Below are positions 27,071-36,317 of a DNA stretch of 61,942 bases, in pieces. Position 1 is the first letter of the stretch; every line of letters begins with the position of its first letter. The notes below the pieces were generated by a model. That model made no database searches. It was given only the letters and a program-made list of their open reading frames with translations, and was not told the origin of the DNA. The DNA comes from Patescibacteria group bacterium UBA6201 (GTDB lineage Bacteria; Patescibacteriota; Minisyncoccia; Phycocordibacterales; UBA918): NCBI GenBank assembly GCA_002422025.1, contig DISV01000004.1, positions 216,367 through 278,308 of the forward strand, given 5' to 3'. A program made the translations under genes and the position numbers.

Positions 27071-28638
27071 GTATGAGATTTTTATCTTTTAAAACAAAAA
27101 TCCTGTTAGTCGCCTTAGCGATGATAATTCTGCCTATCGGGTATTACAATACAGAGAAAGCCGAAGCACAAAGTATCGCCAGCTTAGCTGGTTCGCTCCT
27201 TGGAGGACTTGGTGGTGGTGGGGATACGGTACGCATAGTAAGTGACACCTCCGAGTCTTCAATCACTACTGCCCTACAAAATACTCTAACCAGAGTATTT
27301 GGTGGAATTGCTTCTGGGGAACTCCAATCAATCAATCTAAAAGAGACAGTCCTTGACCCAATTGCTTGGAATATGGCCAAACAACTCCAGCAACAGATGA
27401 CTGGAGAACTTCTACAGTGGTTAGGTGGCGAACTGCCAGGACAGAATGGAGAAGTTCCTTTTGTACAAAATTATTCGGAATTCTATGGTGACTTGCTGGA
27501 TGACGTAGCTGGAGAGGTAATATTCGGTTCGGACCTCAAAGGTCTTTGTTCTGAAGAGCAGGAATTCAAAGCGCGTCAAAAAGCTTACAATGCTTATATT
27601 AAAAGCCGTAGCAATCAAGAGATCTTTTCTTGTAACGACAATGCCTTGGCTAGTTCTAACAACGAAAACTTATTAACGAAGATATTTAAAAGTACAGTTA
27701 ATTGTGACGGTACTTCCATTTGTGCAGGATACAAAGCAGAAAATCACCTAGCTCTCCGCCAAGCCAACGCAGTAGCTAACGAAAATCGTATACTAGACTA
27801 CAGCCGTGGAATGAAACCACAAAGAGTGTGTAAGGTGATTAACGAGCCTGATGGAAGTCCCCGACAACTTTGTGAAATCGTTAACCCACCATACTTAGCC
27901 GCAGACAATGTATCTTTCCAAATCAACCAAGTGCCTAGTCTCCAATTGTTACAGATGGACGAATTCAATGAAATCGTATCTAGTTTTATGACTCAACTGA
28001 CAAATGAAGCAGTAACTGGTATCAGTTCACTAGCAAACAATGTAGACTTCACTGGCGTACTTGGTCTTAGTGGTAACCCTGACTATACCAACCTACTTTT
28101 TGGAAGTGATGGCGGTTTAGCTTACATAGACAGCTTGGTACAAGATGATGTATCACAGTATCAAAGCTTTGGAACCAATCCAATACAACAATCTTTAACC
28201 ATAGAACAAAAAAACCTTTCCCTACAAACTCTCATTGTCAACGAAGTTAGTGCTCTAGAAGCAAAGACCGCTTCCAATCAAATTACTTATGGTAGCTGTT
28301 ACAGTCTACCCCTAACCTCTGAACTTAAGGACACTCTGGACACTGCAAAAATTAGTATGGAAATTGCTTCTACTGCAGTAAGTATTTTGACTGTTTTGAA
28401 TCAGCAATATACTAGTGCTACAGACGCTAGCAGTAAAAACTCCACAATGTCTACCTATGCCAGTTATAGAAATCAAGGTTTGTTCAGTACAGAACAAAAA
28501 AATCAGGAGTTGCAACTAACTTTTATTGACTACACATTTGCAATAATGGTCGACCAGTTCAAGTACGACATGGCAGCTAAACAACAAAGTTGTGGTGGAC
28601 CATTCGACTATCAAGGGCTAATAAGCGGTAGTAACTAG
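27067..28638 (+). CDS. Hypothetical secreted or anchored protein (523 aa, several Cys pairs)
   Basis: Overlaps the previous stop by 4 nt. N-terminal TM/signal, a Gly-rich stretch LLGGLGGGGD, and no recognised domain. Confidence 0.6.
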   Translation: MSMRFLSFKTKILLVALAMIILPIGYYNTEKAEAQSIASLAGSLLGGLGGGGDTVRIVSDTSESSITTALQNTLTRVFGGIASGELQSINLKETVLDPIAWNMAKQLQQQMTGELLQWLGGELPGQNGEVPFVQNYSEFYGDLLDDVAGEVIFGSDLKGLCSEEQEFKARQKAYNAYIKSRSNQEIFSCNDNALASSNNENLLTKIFKSTVNCDGTSICAGYKAENHLALRQANAVANENRILDYSRGMKPQRVCKVINEPDGSPRQLCEIVNPPYLAADNVSFQINQVPSLQLLQMDEFNEIVSSFMTQLTNEAVTGISSLANNVDFTGVLGLSGNPDYTNLLFGSDGGLAYIDSLVQDDVSQYQSFGTNPIQQSLTIEQKNLSLQTLIVNEVSALEAKTASNQITYGSCYSLPLTSELKDTLDTAKISMEIASTAVSILTVLNQQYTSATDASSKNSTMSTYASYRNQGLFSTEQKNQELQLTFIDYTFAIMVDQFKYDMAAKQQSCGGPFDYQGLISGSN

Positions 28639-28643
28639 ATTTA

Positions 28644-30668
28644 ATGATTATGAGTCTTCTTAGTAGAAACATTGGAATCATCTTGATAACGTGTTTCGTT
28701 CTGGCTTTTTTTGCTCTGCAAAACCCCTTTATTGCTGAGGCCCAGACTGGTGCGGGACTTAGCGAGACCAATGGAGGTACCTCCAACGTACCCTCAACTT
28801 TAGTTGACGAAACCAATAATGACTCTGGAGAGGACGGTCCCCCTGGCATTGGTGAGAGACTAAAGTTTACCGGCTACCGCCTTGATCTCTTTAATGTACT
28901 TTCTTCATTGGGAGCCCTGGTTGCCTGGCTCGGTGGTTCACTTCTTGACGCTACCATTGGTGTTTTTACTGTTGGTATGTACGAGACATCGGAATATTTT
29001 CAGCTCGATGAAACGATTAGAACGATGTGGGGGATTATCCGAGATATATTCAATCTACTCTTTATCTTTGGCCTGATTTTTGCCGGGTTTAAATTAATTC
29101 TTGGTAAAGATGACTCGGGCTCAAAACAAATGATTGGTTCGATTATTGTGGCGGCGTTACTCATCAATTTCAGTCTCTACGCCGCGCAAATGGTAGTGGA
29201 TTTCAGTAATGTTATGGCCTACCAAATTAATAATTTGATCCAAGCGCCCGAAACCACTGTTGTTTTAGGAGGATGGAGTGTGCCAAATATCTCCACCAGC
29301 TTCACTCAACTTACTAATCTAGATCAGCTTGGAAACCAATCAGAAGAAATGGCGGAAGTGGCAGGACTTGGTGTGGACACATTAGGTGCTGCAGTAGTAT
29401 TAGGTCTTTTATTTACAGTTTTTTACTCAATTTTAGGCTTTGTTTTTGCGGCTGGGGCATTTGTTTTATTTTCACGTTTCATTGCCCTAATCTTCTTAAT
29501 GATTTTTTCACCAGTCATATTCTTGGGCTTTATATTCCCAAATTTTAAGAGCTACAGTAGCCAGTGGGGGAAACTCCTTATGAGCCAGGCTCTTGTTGGT
29601 CCAGCTTTTCTCTTTATGCTGTATCTCTCTTTGCAGGCACTATCAGGACTGGCTAGCATACCACCTTCACAGTTTACAATAACCAATCTGACCATTTACT
29701 TATTAATCGTAACGGCCTTTTTGTGGGGATCATTGATGGTTGCCAGGAGCATGAGTACCTGGGGAGCACTGCAGGCTTACAATGCCGGTGACGCAATGGA
29801 ACGTAGGGCAAGACGAGTTGCCGGTGGTGCTACGGTTGGACTAGCCGGCAGAGGCCTGAGATCGAGCATTGGTAAGTGGTCCCAAGGCTATGCGGACAGT
29901 GACAAGGCTAAAGACCGTGCTGTTAACAGCTGGGTAGGTAGACGAGCTCTCAATCTAACCACTAAACTTGGCGACAGCAGTTTTGATGCCCGCAAAATTG
30001 GTGGAGTAGGGACAAAGTTGGGTCTTGGAGAAGGTACTAAGGGAGGATACGCGACAAAAACTAAAGATGTAATAGAAAGAGAAAAGAAACGTGCTGAAAG
30101 TCTAGGTACAGTAAGTGACGAGGATGAGCGCGTATCTAGCTTACAAATAGACATAGAAGCTAGCGAACAGACGATAAAGGACAAGAAAGAGGAAATCAAA
30201 AAGGCACAAAAAGATAAAACGGCTGCTAAGACTGATAAAGAGAGGAACCAAATACAAGCAGATATTGACCTAAAGCGTTCTGAAATTGAAACTGCTGAGG
30301 AGAACTTACAAAAAAGGAAGGAGGCCTTACAGGCAGAAAAATACCGCAGACAACTCGGCACTATTCCCACAACTATTGTAGATAGTTTGAAGGTTAAGAG
30401 GGATGAAATAAAAACTAAATTGGTGGCCTATGAGCAAGCACTACCAGCAGATAAGGAACCGCTACGCGAAGAGATAGCAAAACTTAAGAAAGAGTTGGCT
30501 AAGGAAGAGAAAGAAGCTAATAAAGAAAGTGGCGGATACGCCACAACTGTTGAAAGCTATGGGGCTGTTAAGAATTGGTTTCTTGGTAGAAATAAGGCTC
30601 AAAATAACGAGGCTGGTAGCGAGATTCGTAAGGAATATAAAAGTAAAGTAAAAAGTAAAGACAGGTAA
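28644..30668 (+). CDS. VirB6/TrbL-like polytopic membrane protein with a K/E-rich coiled-coil tail
   Basis: Signal/anchor, then about 7 hydrophobic helices across about 330 aa, then a charged C-terminal region of about 290 aa. The assignment rests on topology and context, not on a diagnostic motif. Confidence 0.5.
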   Translation: MIMSLLSRNIGIILITCFVLAFFALQNPFIAEAQTGAGLSETNGGTSNVPSTLVDETNNDSGEDGPPGIGERLKFTGYRLDLFNVLSSLGALVAWLGGSLLDATIGVFTVGMYETSEYFQLDETIRTMWGIIRDIFNLLFIFGLIFAGFKLILGKDDSGSKQMIGSIIVAALLINFSLYAAQMVVDFSNVMAYQINNLIQAPETTVVLGGWSVPNISTSFTQLTNLDQLGNQSEEMAEVAGLGVDTLGAAVVLGLLFTVFYSILGFVFAAGAFVLFSRFIALIFLMIFSPVIFLGFIFPNFKSYSSQWGKLLMSQALVGPAFLFMLYLSLQALSGLASIPPSQFTITNLTIYLLIVTAFLWGSLMVARSMSTWGALQAYNAGDAMERRARRVAGGATVGLAGRGLRSSIGKWSQGYADSDKAKDRAVNSWVGRRALNLTTKLGDSSFDARKIGGVGTKLGLGEGTKGGYATKTKDVIEREKKRAESLGTVSDEDERVSSLQIDIEASEQTIKDKKEEIKKAQKDKTAAKTDKERNQIQADIDLKRSEIETAEENLQKRKEALQAEKYRRQLGTIPTTIVDSLKVKRDEIKTKLVAYEQALPADKEPLREEIAKLKKELAKEEKEANKESGGYATTVESYGAVKNWFLGRNKAQNNEAGSEIRKEYKSKVKSKDR

Positions 30669-30671
30669 CCT

Positions 30672-31262
30672 ATGTACGATACATCACAACAGCCAAAAAA
30701 AATGCGCGACCGTTATGCGGAACTACCAGATGAGGTAAGGGAGCTTTTTGAGTACGGTACAGTTGAACAAACTTTACAGAAAATTAGCCAGGAATTCGGT
30801 TTAAAAAACGAGGATATATCGCTACTCCAAATGGAGGTAGACCTTATCTTATACGGCTTCTTGACCAGAGTCGATCTGGCTCTGAGACTACAAGAATCAC
30901 TTAGTATTGAGGAATTACGAGCAAAACAAATAGCCAAAAGGCTCGAAGAAGATTTGTTTGTAATAGTTGAGCAATTCCTTACATATATAGAAGGTTTACT
31001 GAATGAAAATGAAGACTTCGGAAGACCTCTTATTACCACACAAATCAAAGAGAGTTCATCTCAAACACCGGAGTCTTCTGTTTCCACAGGAGACCAGCCA
31101 GAAGACGTTACTACATCCATCAAACCCCTTCGCACTTTTGCAGAAGATGTTGAGCTTAGTCGTGTTCACGGCTATGGTTCGTTTCAAAGTGGGGAAGTCG
31201 GAGATGAAACAGATGACACTCCGGTACATCACTCAAGCCAAGATGATGTACTCAAAAAATAG
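30672..31262 (+). CDS. Hypothetical acidic cytoplasmic protein
   Basis: 196 aa, no TM helix, acidic C-terminus. Lies within the T4SS-like operon. Confidence 0.55.
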   Translation: MYDTSQQPKKMRDRYAELPDEVRELFEYGTVEQTLQKISQEFGLKNEDISLLQMEVDLILYGFLTRVDLALRLQESLSIEELRAKQIAKRLEEDLFVIVEQFLTYIEGLLNENEDFGRPLITTQIKESSSQTPESSVSTGDQPEDVTTSIKPLRTFAEDVELSRVHGYGSFQSGEVGDETDDTPVHHSSQDDVLKK

Positions 31263-31342
31263 CACTTGATTTCAATGTTATTATTGAGACACACCAAACC
31301 AAGTTCCAAGTACTAAGCGCGCTGTGTACAGTTAACTAATCT

Positions 31343-31750
31343 ATGCGTTTCGAAGTCCCACAATTCATTGAAATAGAAGATAAGATATTTGGTCCACTAA
31401 CCTGGCGGCAATTCGTATACGTAGCTGGTGGGGGAGGATTGGCAGCCGTATTCTTCTTCTTCACTCCATTTATTATATTTGTATTGATTGGTATACCAAT
31501 CGCCGCTCTAACTTTTCTTTTAAGCTTTTATCCAGTCAACAATCGCCCGTTCGCACTATTTCTTGAGTCTGCAGTGAATTATTTTAAAGGTTCAAAATTA
31601 TATCTATGGCGAAAGAGTGGCAGCGGCGTATACAAAGGAGCCGAAACCGAAGGCAATGGCAGTCCTTCATACCTACCTCCAACCAATACTGATAATATCG
31701 CTTCTTTGTCGCGACGATTAGAGATGAAGGCGATTCAAAAACCTAATTAG
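31343..31750 (+). CDS. PrgI-family (VirB3-like) small membrane protein
   Basis: VPQFIEIEDKIFGPLTWRQFVY followed by two TM helices. This is the hallmark arrangement of PrgI-family proteins that precede VirB4 in Gram-positive T4SS loci. Confidence 0.7.
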   Translation: MRFEVPQFIEIEDKIFGPLTWRQFVYVAGGGGLAAVFFFFTPFIIFVLIGIPIAALTFLLSFYPVNNRPFALFLESAVNYFKGSKLYLWRKSGSGVYKGAETEGNGSPSYLPPTNTDNIASLSRRLEMKAIQKPN

Positions 31751-31775
31751 TGACTTCTTCCAAAGAAGTGGCACG

Positions 31776-31854
31776 CTGCGACCTAATTTTTAAGGAAGCG
31801 TTAGCTGACTATAAAAATTAAAGTGCCCTTGTGGTGTATCCACTCTTGAAAGAA
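31776..31854 (+). repeat. 79-nt repeated intergenic element, copy A (92 percent identical to 42123-42201)
   Basis: 73 of 79 positions are identical to copy B. It contains an internal hairpin, taattttta ... taaaaatta, around agc-gtta-gct. Confidence 0.8.
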
Positions 31855-31936
31855 GCCTGATGTAGGCACCATAAGTTATATAGTGTGAGTTAGCCGTCAA
31901 TGTTTTAGCACTTGGATGTTAGAATAATAGTCAATA

Positions 31937-32572
31937 ATGGCAAACCAAAACACTAGCCAAAAATTTGTACCCCTCAGGGACATTAAAGATAATGTGGTAG
32001 TTCTTAAGAATGGCCAGATGAATATGGTGCTTTTAGCATCCTCGATTAACTTTGCGTTGAAGTCTATAGACGAACAGGAGGCAATCTTGCGTCAGTTCCA
32101 AACCTTCCTCAACACAATAGATTTTTCTGTGCAATTCTATATTCAGTCTCGTCGCCTTAACATTCAACCCTATCTTGATATGTTAAGTGGACGCGAAGAG
32201 AAACAAGACAATGACCTAATGAAGATTCAATTGCGTGAATATATGCAATTCATCAAAACTTTTACTAGCGAAGTAGAGGTAATGAGTAAGAGCTTTTTTA
32301 TTGTCGTACCGTACACACCCGTTGCAGCCAATCTTCAGAACAACCTTGAAGGCTTCAAAGATCTGATTGGCGGTAAAAAGGACGTATACTTTGATGACAA
32401 GAACTTTATTGAACACAAACTCCAACTTGAACAACGTGTCTCATTAGTTGAGCAAGGATTGTCGGGAATCGGTGTGCGTACCATTTTGCTACAGAGCGAG
32501 GAGTTGGTTGAATTGTATTATCATATCTTTAATCCTGGTGAGGTTGGAGGAACCGCACCCGGCGGAAAGTAG
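31937..32572 (+). CDS. VirB4 N-terminal-domain-like protein (stand-alone, 211 aa)
   Basis: VPLRDIKDNVVVLKNGQMNMVLLASSINFALKSIDEQEAILRQFQTFLNTIDFSVQFYIQS follows the pattern of the N-terminal region of Gram-positive VirB4/TcpF/Orf16-type ATPases. It ends 2 nt before the VirB4 gene. Confidence 0.5.
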   Translation: MANQNTSQKFVPLRDIKDNVVVLKNGQMNMVLLASSINFALKSIDEQEAILRQFQTFLNTIDFSVQFYIQSRRLNIQPYLDMLSGREEKQDNDLMKIQLREYMQFIKTFTSEVEVMSKSFFIVVPYTPVAANLQNNLEGFKDLIGGKKDVYFDDKNFIEHKLQLEQRVSLVEQGLSGIGVRTILLQSEELVELYYHIFNPGEVGGTAPGGK

Positions 32573-32574
32573 TT

Positions 32575-34377
32575 ATGGGAATTTTCGATTTCATTAAAAA
32601 AGTAAATAAAGAGGGTAGCAATAAGTCGACACTGGACATCGACAGCGCTTTAATGACGCTAGAAGATGTTGTAGCTCCCTCAGCTGTGTCGGTCAGTCCT
32701 CGTAGCATAAACATAAGTGGACAAAACGCTCGTGTATTTTTTGCTGTTTCCTACCCACGTTATCTAAATGACGGTTGGTTAGAGCCAATATTAAACCTGG
32801 AAAAAGAACTAGATATCTCAATAGTCATCCACCCAATAGATACTGCCGAGACCTTAAAAAAATTCCAAAAGAAAGTGGCGGAGGTACAGAGCCAGATTAG
32901 TATCAACGAGGAAAAGGGGATGGTACGTGACCCACAACTTGAAGCTGCCTACCGAAACCTAGAAGAATTACGCGACAAACTTCAACAAGCTGAAGAAAAA
33001 CTCTTTGATGTTGGACTCTACATTGCCATCTACGGAAAGGACGATGAGGCCTTGAATAAAACCGAGTCAGAAGTGAAAGGTATTTTGGACTCAAGGTTAG
33101 TCTATATAAAGCCCGCTCTTTTCCAACAGGAACAAGGCCTGCGTAGTATTCTACCCACAATGACGGATGAGCTATTAGTTCATAGTAAATTTAATTCCTC
33201 TCCATTATCCAGCTTCTTTCCTTTCACTTCGTTTGATCTCACGAGCGACAACGGTATTCTTTATGGCATCAATCGCCACAACTCCTCCTTGGTTCTTTTT
33301 GATCGCTTTTCTCTCACCAACTATAATTCCGTCACCTTCGCTACCTCCGGTGCCGGCAAGTCATATGCAATCAAGCTGGAGATATTGCGCTCCTTAATGT
33401 TTGGCACCGAGGTTATCGTAATCGACCCGGAGCGGGAATATGAATATTTGGCCGAAGCTACCGGTGGCCGCTTTTTTAACATTGCCCTTTCTTCCACTCA
33501 TCATATCAATCCATTTGACCTACCTGACCCAGGGGAAGATGAGGAGCCTGCAGATATTTTGCGTTCACACATCATTGAACTGACTGGGCTTTTTCGCCTA
33601 ATGCTTGGCGGCCTTACACCCGAAGAGGAGACCGTTATCGACCAAGCTCTACACGAAGTCTATGCCCTAAAAGACATCACTGGCGATGTGAGCTGGTCTG
33701 GTCAAGAACCACCACTATTAACTGACTTCGAAATGGTATTGGCTGGGATGGATGGTAGTGATTCTTTGATAGCAAGACTTCAGAAGTACACCAGTGGTAC
33801 TTGGTCAGGTTTTATGAATCAACCGACTAATGTCGATATCAATCAAAAATTCATCGTTTTTTCACTTCGCGATATGGAGGACGAACTAAAGTCCGTCGCA
33901 ATGTACATCATTACTAACCATATTTGGAATATGGTACGCAGACGCTTACAGAAACGTCTTTTGGTTATTGACGAGGCCTGGTGGATGATGAAATCAGAAG
34001 ACACAGCCTCGTTCCTTTTTTCACTCGCAAAACGTGGTCGTAAATACTATCTTGGTATCGCTACCATCACGCAAGATGTGGACGACTTCTTACGATCACC
34101 TTATGGAGTACCGATGATCACCAACTCGTCTTTGCAGTTTTTAATGAAGCAATCGCCCACTTCGATTGACCTTCTCCAGCGTACCTTTAATCTAACCGAC
34201 GAAGAAAAGCTATTATTACTTGAGAGTAACGTGGGGGAAGGCATCTTCTTCGTAGGACTAAAACACGTGGCCATTAAAGTTATAGCTAGCTATACTGAGG
34301 ACCAGATTATTACATCTGACCCACATCAAATCCTCCAAATAAAACAAGCTCGTGCAGAGTTAAAAAACGCCTCCTAA
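32575..34377 (+). CDS. virB4: VirB4-family T4SS ATPase (PrgJ/TraE-like, AAA_10/DUF87 type)
   Basis: YPRYLNDGWLEPILN N-domain pattern, Walker A TSGAGKS, Walker B LLVIDEAWWMM, and ATITQDVDDF. Confidence 0.8.
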   Translation: MGIFDFIKKVNKEGSNKSTLDIDSALMTLEDVVAPSAVSVSPRSINISGQNARVFFAVSYPRYLNDGWLEPILNLEKELDISIVIHPIDTAETLKKFQKKVAEVQSQISINEEKGMVRDPQLEAAYRNLEELRDKLQQAEEKLFDVGLYIAIYGKDDEALNKTESEVKGILDSRLVYIKPALFQQEQGLRSILPTMTDELLVHSKFNSSPLSSFFPFTSFDLTSDNGILYGINRHNSSLVLFDRFSLTNYNSVTFATSGAGKSYAIKLEILRSLMFGTEVIVIDPEREYEYLAEATGGRFFNIALSSTHHINPFDLPDPGEDEEPADILRSHIIELTGLFRLMLGGLTPEEETVIDQALHEVYALKDITGDVSWSGQEPPLLTDFEMVLAGMDGSDSLIARLQKYTSGTWSGFMNQPTNVDINQKFIVFSLRDMEDELKSVAMYIITNHIWNMVRRRLQKRLLVIDEAWWMMKSEDTASFLFSLAKRGRKYYLGIATITQDVDDFLRSPYGVPMITNSSLQFLMKQSPTSIDLLQRTFNLTDEEKLLLLESNVGEGIFFVGLKHVAIKVIASYTEDQIITSDPHQILQIKQARAELKNAS

Positions 34378-34383
34378 CACATT

Positions 34384-35052
34384 ATGATACGTAACGCTGT
34401 TGTTAAAAAAGCCACTCCAAAAAATACGGGCTTGTCAGCGTCTAATACCAAAGCGTTTCATGCCACCACTGGTGAATTATTGCTAAACAACTCAAATGTA
34501 AGTAACGTCCAAAGACTATATCGACCAGTCAATAACAATGCACAAAGACTACCGACAAACTCTTCTCAAAGGTCAATACGAGCCTCAAATGACCACAGAC
34601 TCAAGCCGGCTAATATGTCGCGAGTCAAAGAAGTTGCAAGTAAAGCGGTAGACATAACCAATGCTGCGAGTGCAGCCTGGTTTATTATCGGTGTTACTTG
34701 GATTTTATATATGATCCAATTCGTGTTCGCTTTAATGTCATTAATAGGTATTTCAGCGATGATTGCTGTAGGGGAAAGCTGGGTGGGCTACATTGACTTT
34801 ATGGACTTATTTTCAGGTACTGCTCAAAGTATGGCCTTCGTGGGAATGGGAATGACGGCTGTTATGGGTATATTTACTTTGATTGCGTCTATAGCAATCT
34901 TTATGTTCCGAGGAGTAGATATTAACAAGTCTTATAGTGTTCCCATTATGGCTCTATGCTTCGCACTAAACACCGTACCGGCAGCTAGTCTAGTGCCATG
35001 GATTTGGGTATGGTGCCTCTATGTGGTCAAAAGTCAGGTTAACAAACAGTAA
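34384..35052 (+). CDS. Hypothetical polytopic membrane protein (polar N-terminal region of about 95 aa plus about 4 TM helices)
   Basis: Hydrophobicity pattern only. Lies within the T4SS-like operon. Confidence 0.55.
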   Translation: MIRNAVVKKATPKNTGLSASNTKAFHATTGELLLNNSNVSNVQRLYRPVNNNAQRLPTNSSQRSIRASNDHRLKPANMSRVKEVASKAVDITNAASAAWFIIGVTWILYMIQFVFALMSLIGISAMIAVGESWVGYIDFMDLFSGTAQSMAFVGMGMTAVMGIFTLIASIAIFMFRGVDINKSYSVPIMALCFALNTVPAASLVPWIWVWCLYVVKSQVNKQ

Positions 35053-35069
35053 TACGCTATAATGTTTGT

Positions 35070-35777
35070 GTGTCTAGCAGATTTTTCATTATCTTAATAC
35101 TGTGCTTACTTTCTATCGGTCAAAATACCGAGGCACAATTTTCTGTTAACAAAACTGAAAAAACTCGAATAACGGCTGGCGAAGTGGAAGTTATCGTGGA
35201 AGCTGATACTTACGTCCCTTCTTTTTATAGAGGTCGAGCCGAACCGACTAGCGGAAATTTAATGAGGGCCATTGCCATACCTCTCGATATTAATTCGGGT
35301 AATTTCACCTACCGATGGAGCTTGAACGGACAATCATTATCTAGTAGTGACCAAGCGGTGACTTTCCCAGCTCCGATTGGAGATAATTTTACGCTTGAGG
35401 TCACGGTACTCAACAATGGGGTTTTCTGGTCAGAGAAAGGTGAAACAATATCACTCTCAAACCCCGAGGTAATATTTTATGAAGAGAACACTTTGCGGGG
35501 TATTGGGACAATAGCTATCAAAAATGACTTTTCATTAATCGGCGCTGAGGCAAGCATAACTGCTGAGCCGTTTTTTGTTGGGAAACAAAATCAAAATAAT
35601 CTACAAGGAAGCTGGAAGATAGACGACGGAGCGGTAACCACTACTGATTGGAGAAAGTTGACCTTTATTAGACCAGAAGAACCAAATGCGAAATATTTAG
35701 TCGAATTAAACATTTTCAATCGTGTTAATTTGAACGAGCAAGCTCGCAATAATTTTAACTTGCATCTGGAAATATGA
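35070..35777 (+). CDS. Hypothetical secreted protein
   Basis: GTG start. Clear signal peptide (FFIILILCLLSIGQNTEAQ). Beta-rich composition. Confidence 0.55.
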   Translation: MSSRFFIILILCLLSIGQNTEAQFSVNKTEKTRITAGEVEVIVEADTYVPSFYRGRAEPTSGNLMRAIAIPLDINSGNFTYRWSLNGQSLSSSDQAVTFPAPIGDNFTLEVTVLNNGVFWSEKGETISLSNPEVIFYEENTLRGIGTIAIKNDFSLIGAEASITAEPFFVGKQNQNNLQGSWKIDDGAVTTTDWRKLTFIRPEEPNAKYLVELNIFNRVNLNEQARNNFNLHLEI

Positions 35778-36316
35778 AGAACCTATTTTACATAACACTA
35801 ACACTGTCAGCAGCGCCACTATTGGCTTTAGCGCAAGAGGGGAGAATTACTTTTATTGAAAACATGCCCTTCATAGGAAATGCAGTGAACTCAACTGAGG
35901 ATTATGTTAGTGCTCTATATATGATTGCCATTAGTGTAGCGGCCATACTGGTGGTAATTAGACTTATGATGGCTGGGGCAAAATATATGTTATCTGAAAT
36001 TGTGACCGAGAAAGGAAAGGCAAAGGATGACATCAAAGGCGCCCTACTTGGTCTATTAATTATATTGGGGGCAGTTACGATCTTAAACACTATTAACCCC
36101 CAATTGACTCGCACTGACATTTTCCGCAATGCTGATAAGTTCGTACCTACCGCAGCCAAAAGTGGAAACAACTCAACACCAGTACAACAAAATACTGGAA
36201 ACTGTACACAAGGTACAAAATGGATGGAGTGTGAGGCTAACGGTGAATTCAGTGCTAGGTGTTCTGCGCCCAGTGACACGAGTTGGTGTGCGGGCACTGT
36301 TAATGTAATACCATAG
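35774..36316 (+). CDS. T4SS pilin-like protein (TrbC/VirB2-like) with a Cys-rich C-terminal extension
   Basis: Signal peptide ending in ALAQEG. Two hydrophobic helices flank MMAGAKYMLSEIVTEKGKAKDDIKGALLGLLIILGA, which is the T4SS_pilin pattern seen in CPR and Gram-positive bacteria. An extra tail of about 60 aa carries 5 Cys. Confidence 0.6.
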   Translation: MKNLFYITLTLSAAPLLALAQEGRITFIENMPFIGNAVNSTEDYVSALYMIAISVAAILVVIRLMMAGAKYMLSEIVTEKGKAKDDIKGALLGLLIILGAVTILNTINPQLTRTDIFRNADKFVPTAAKSGNNSTPVQQNTGNCTQGTKWMECEANGEFSARCSAPSDTSWCAGTVNVIP

Positions 36317-36317
36317 T

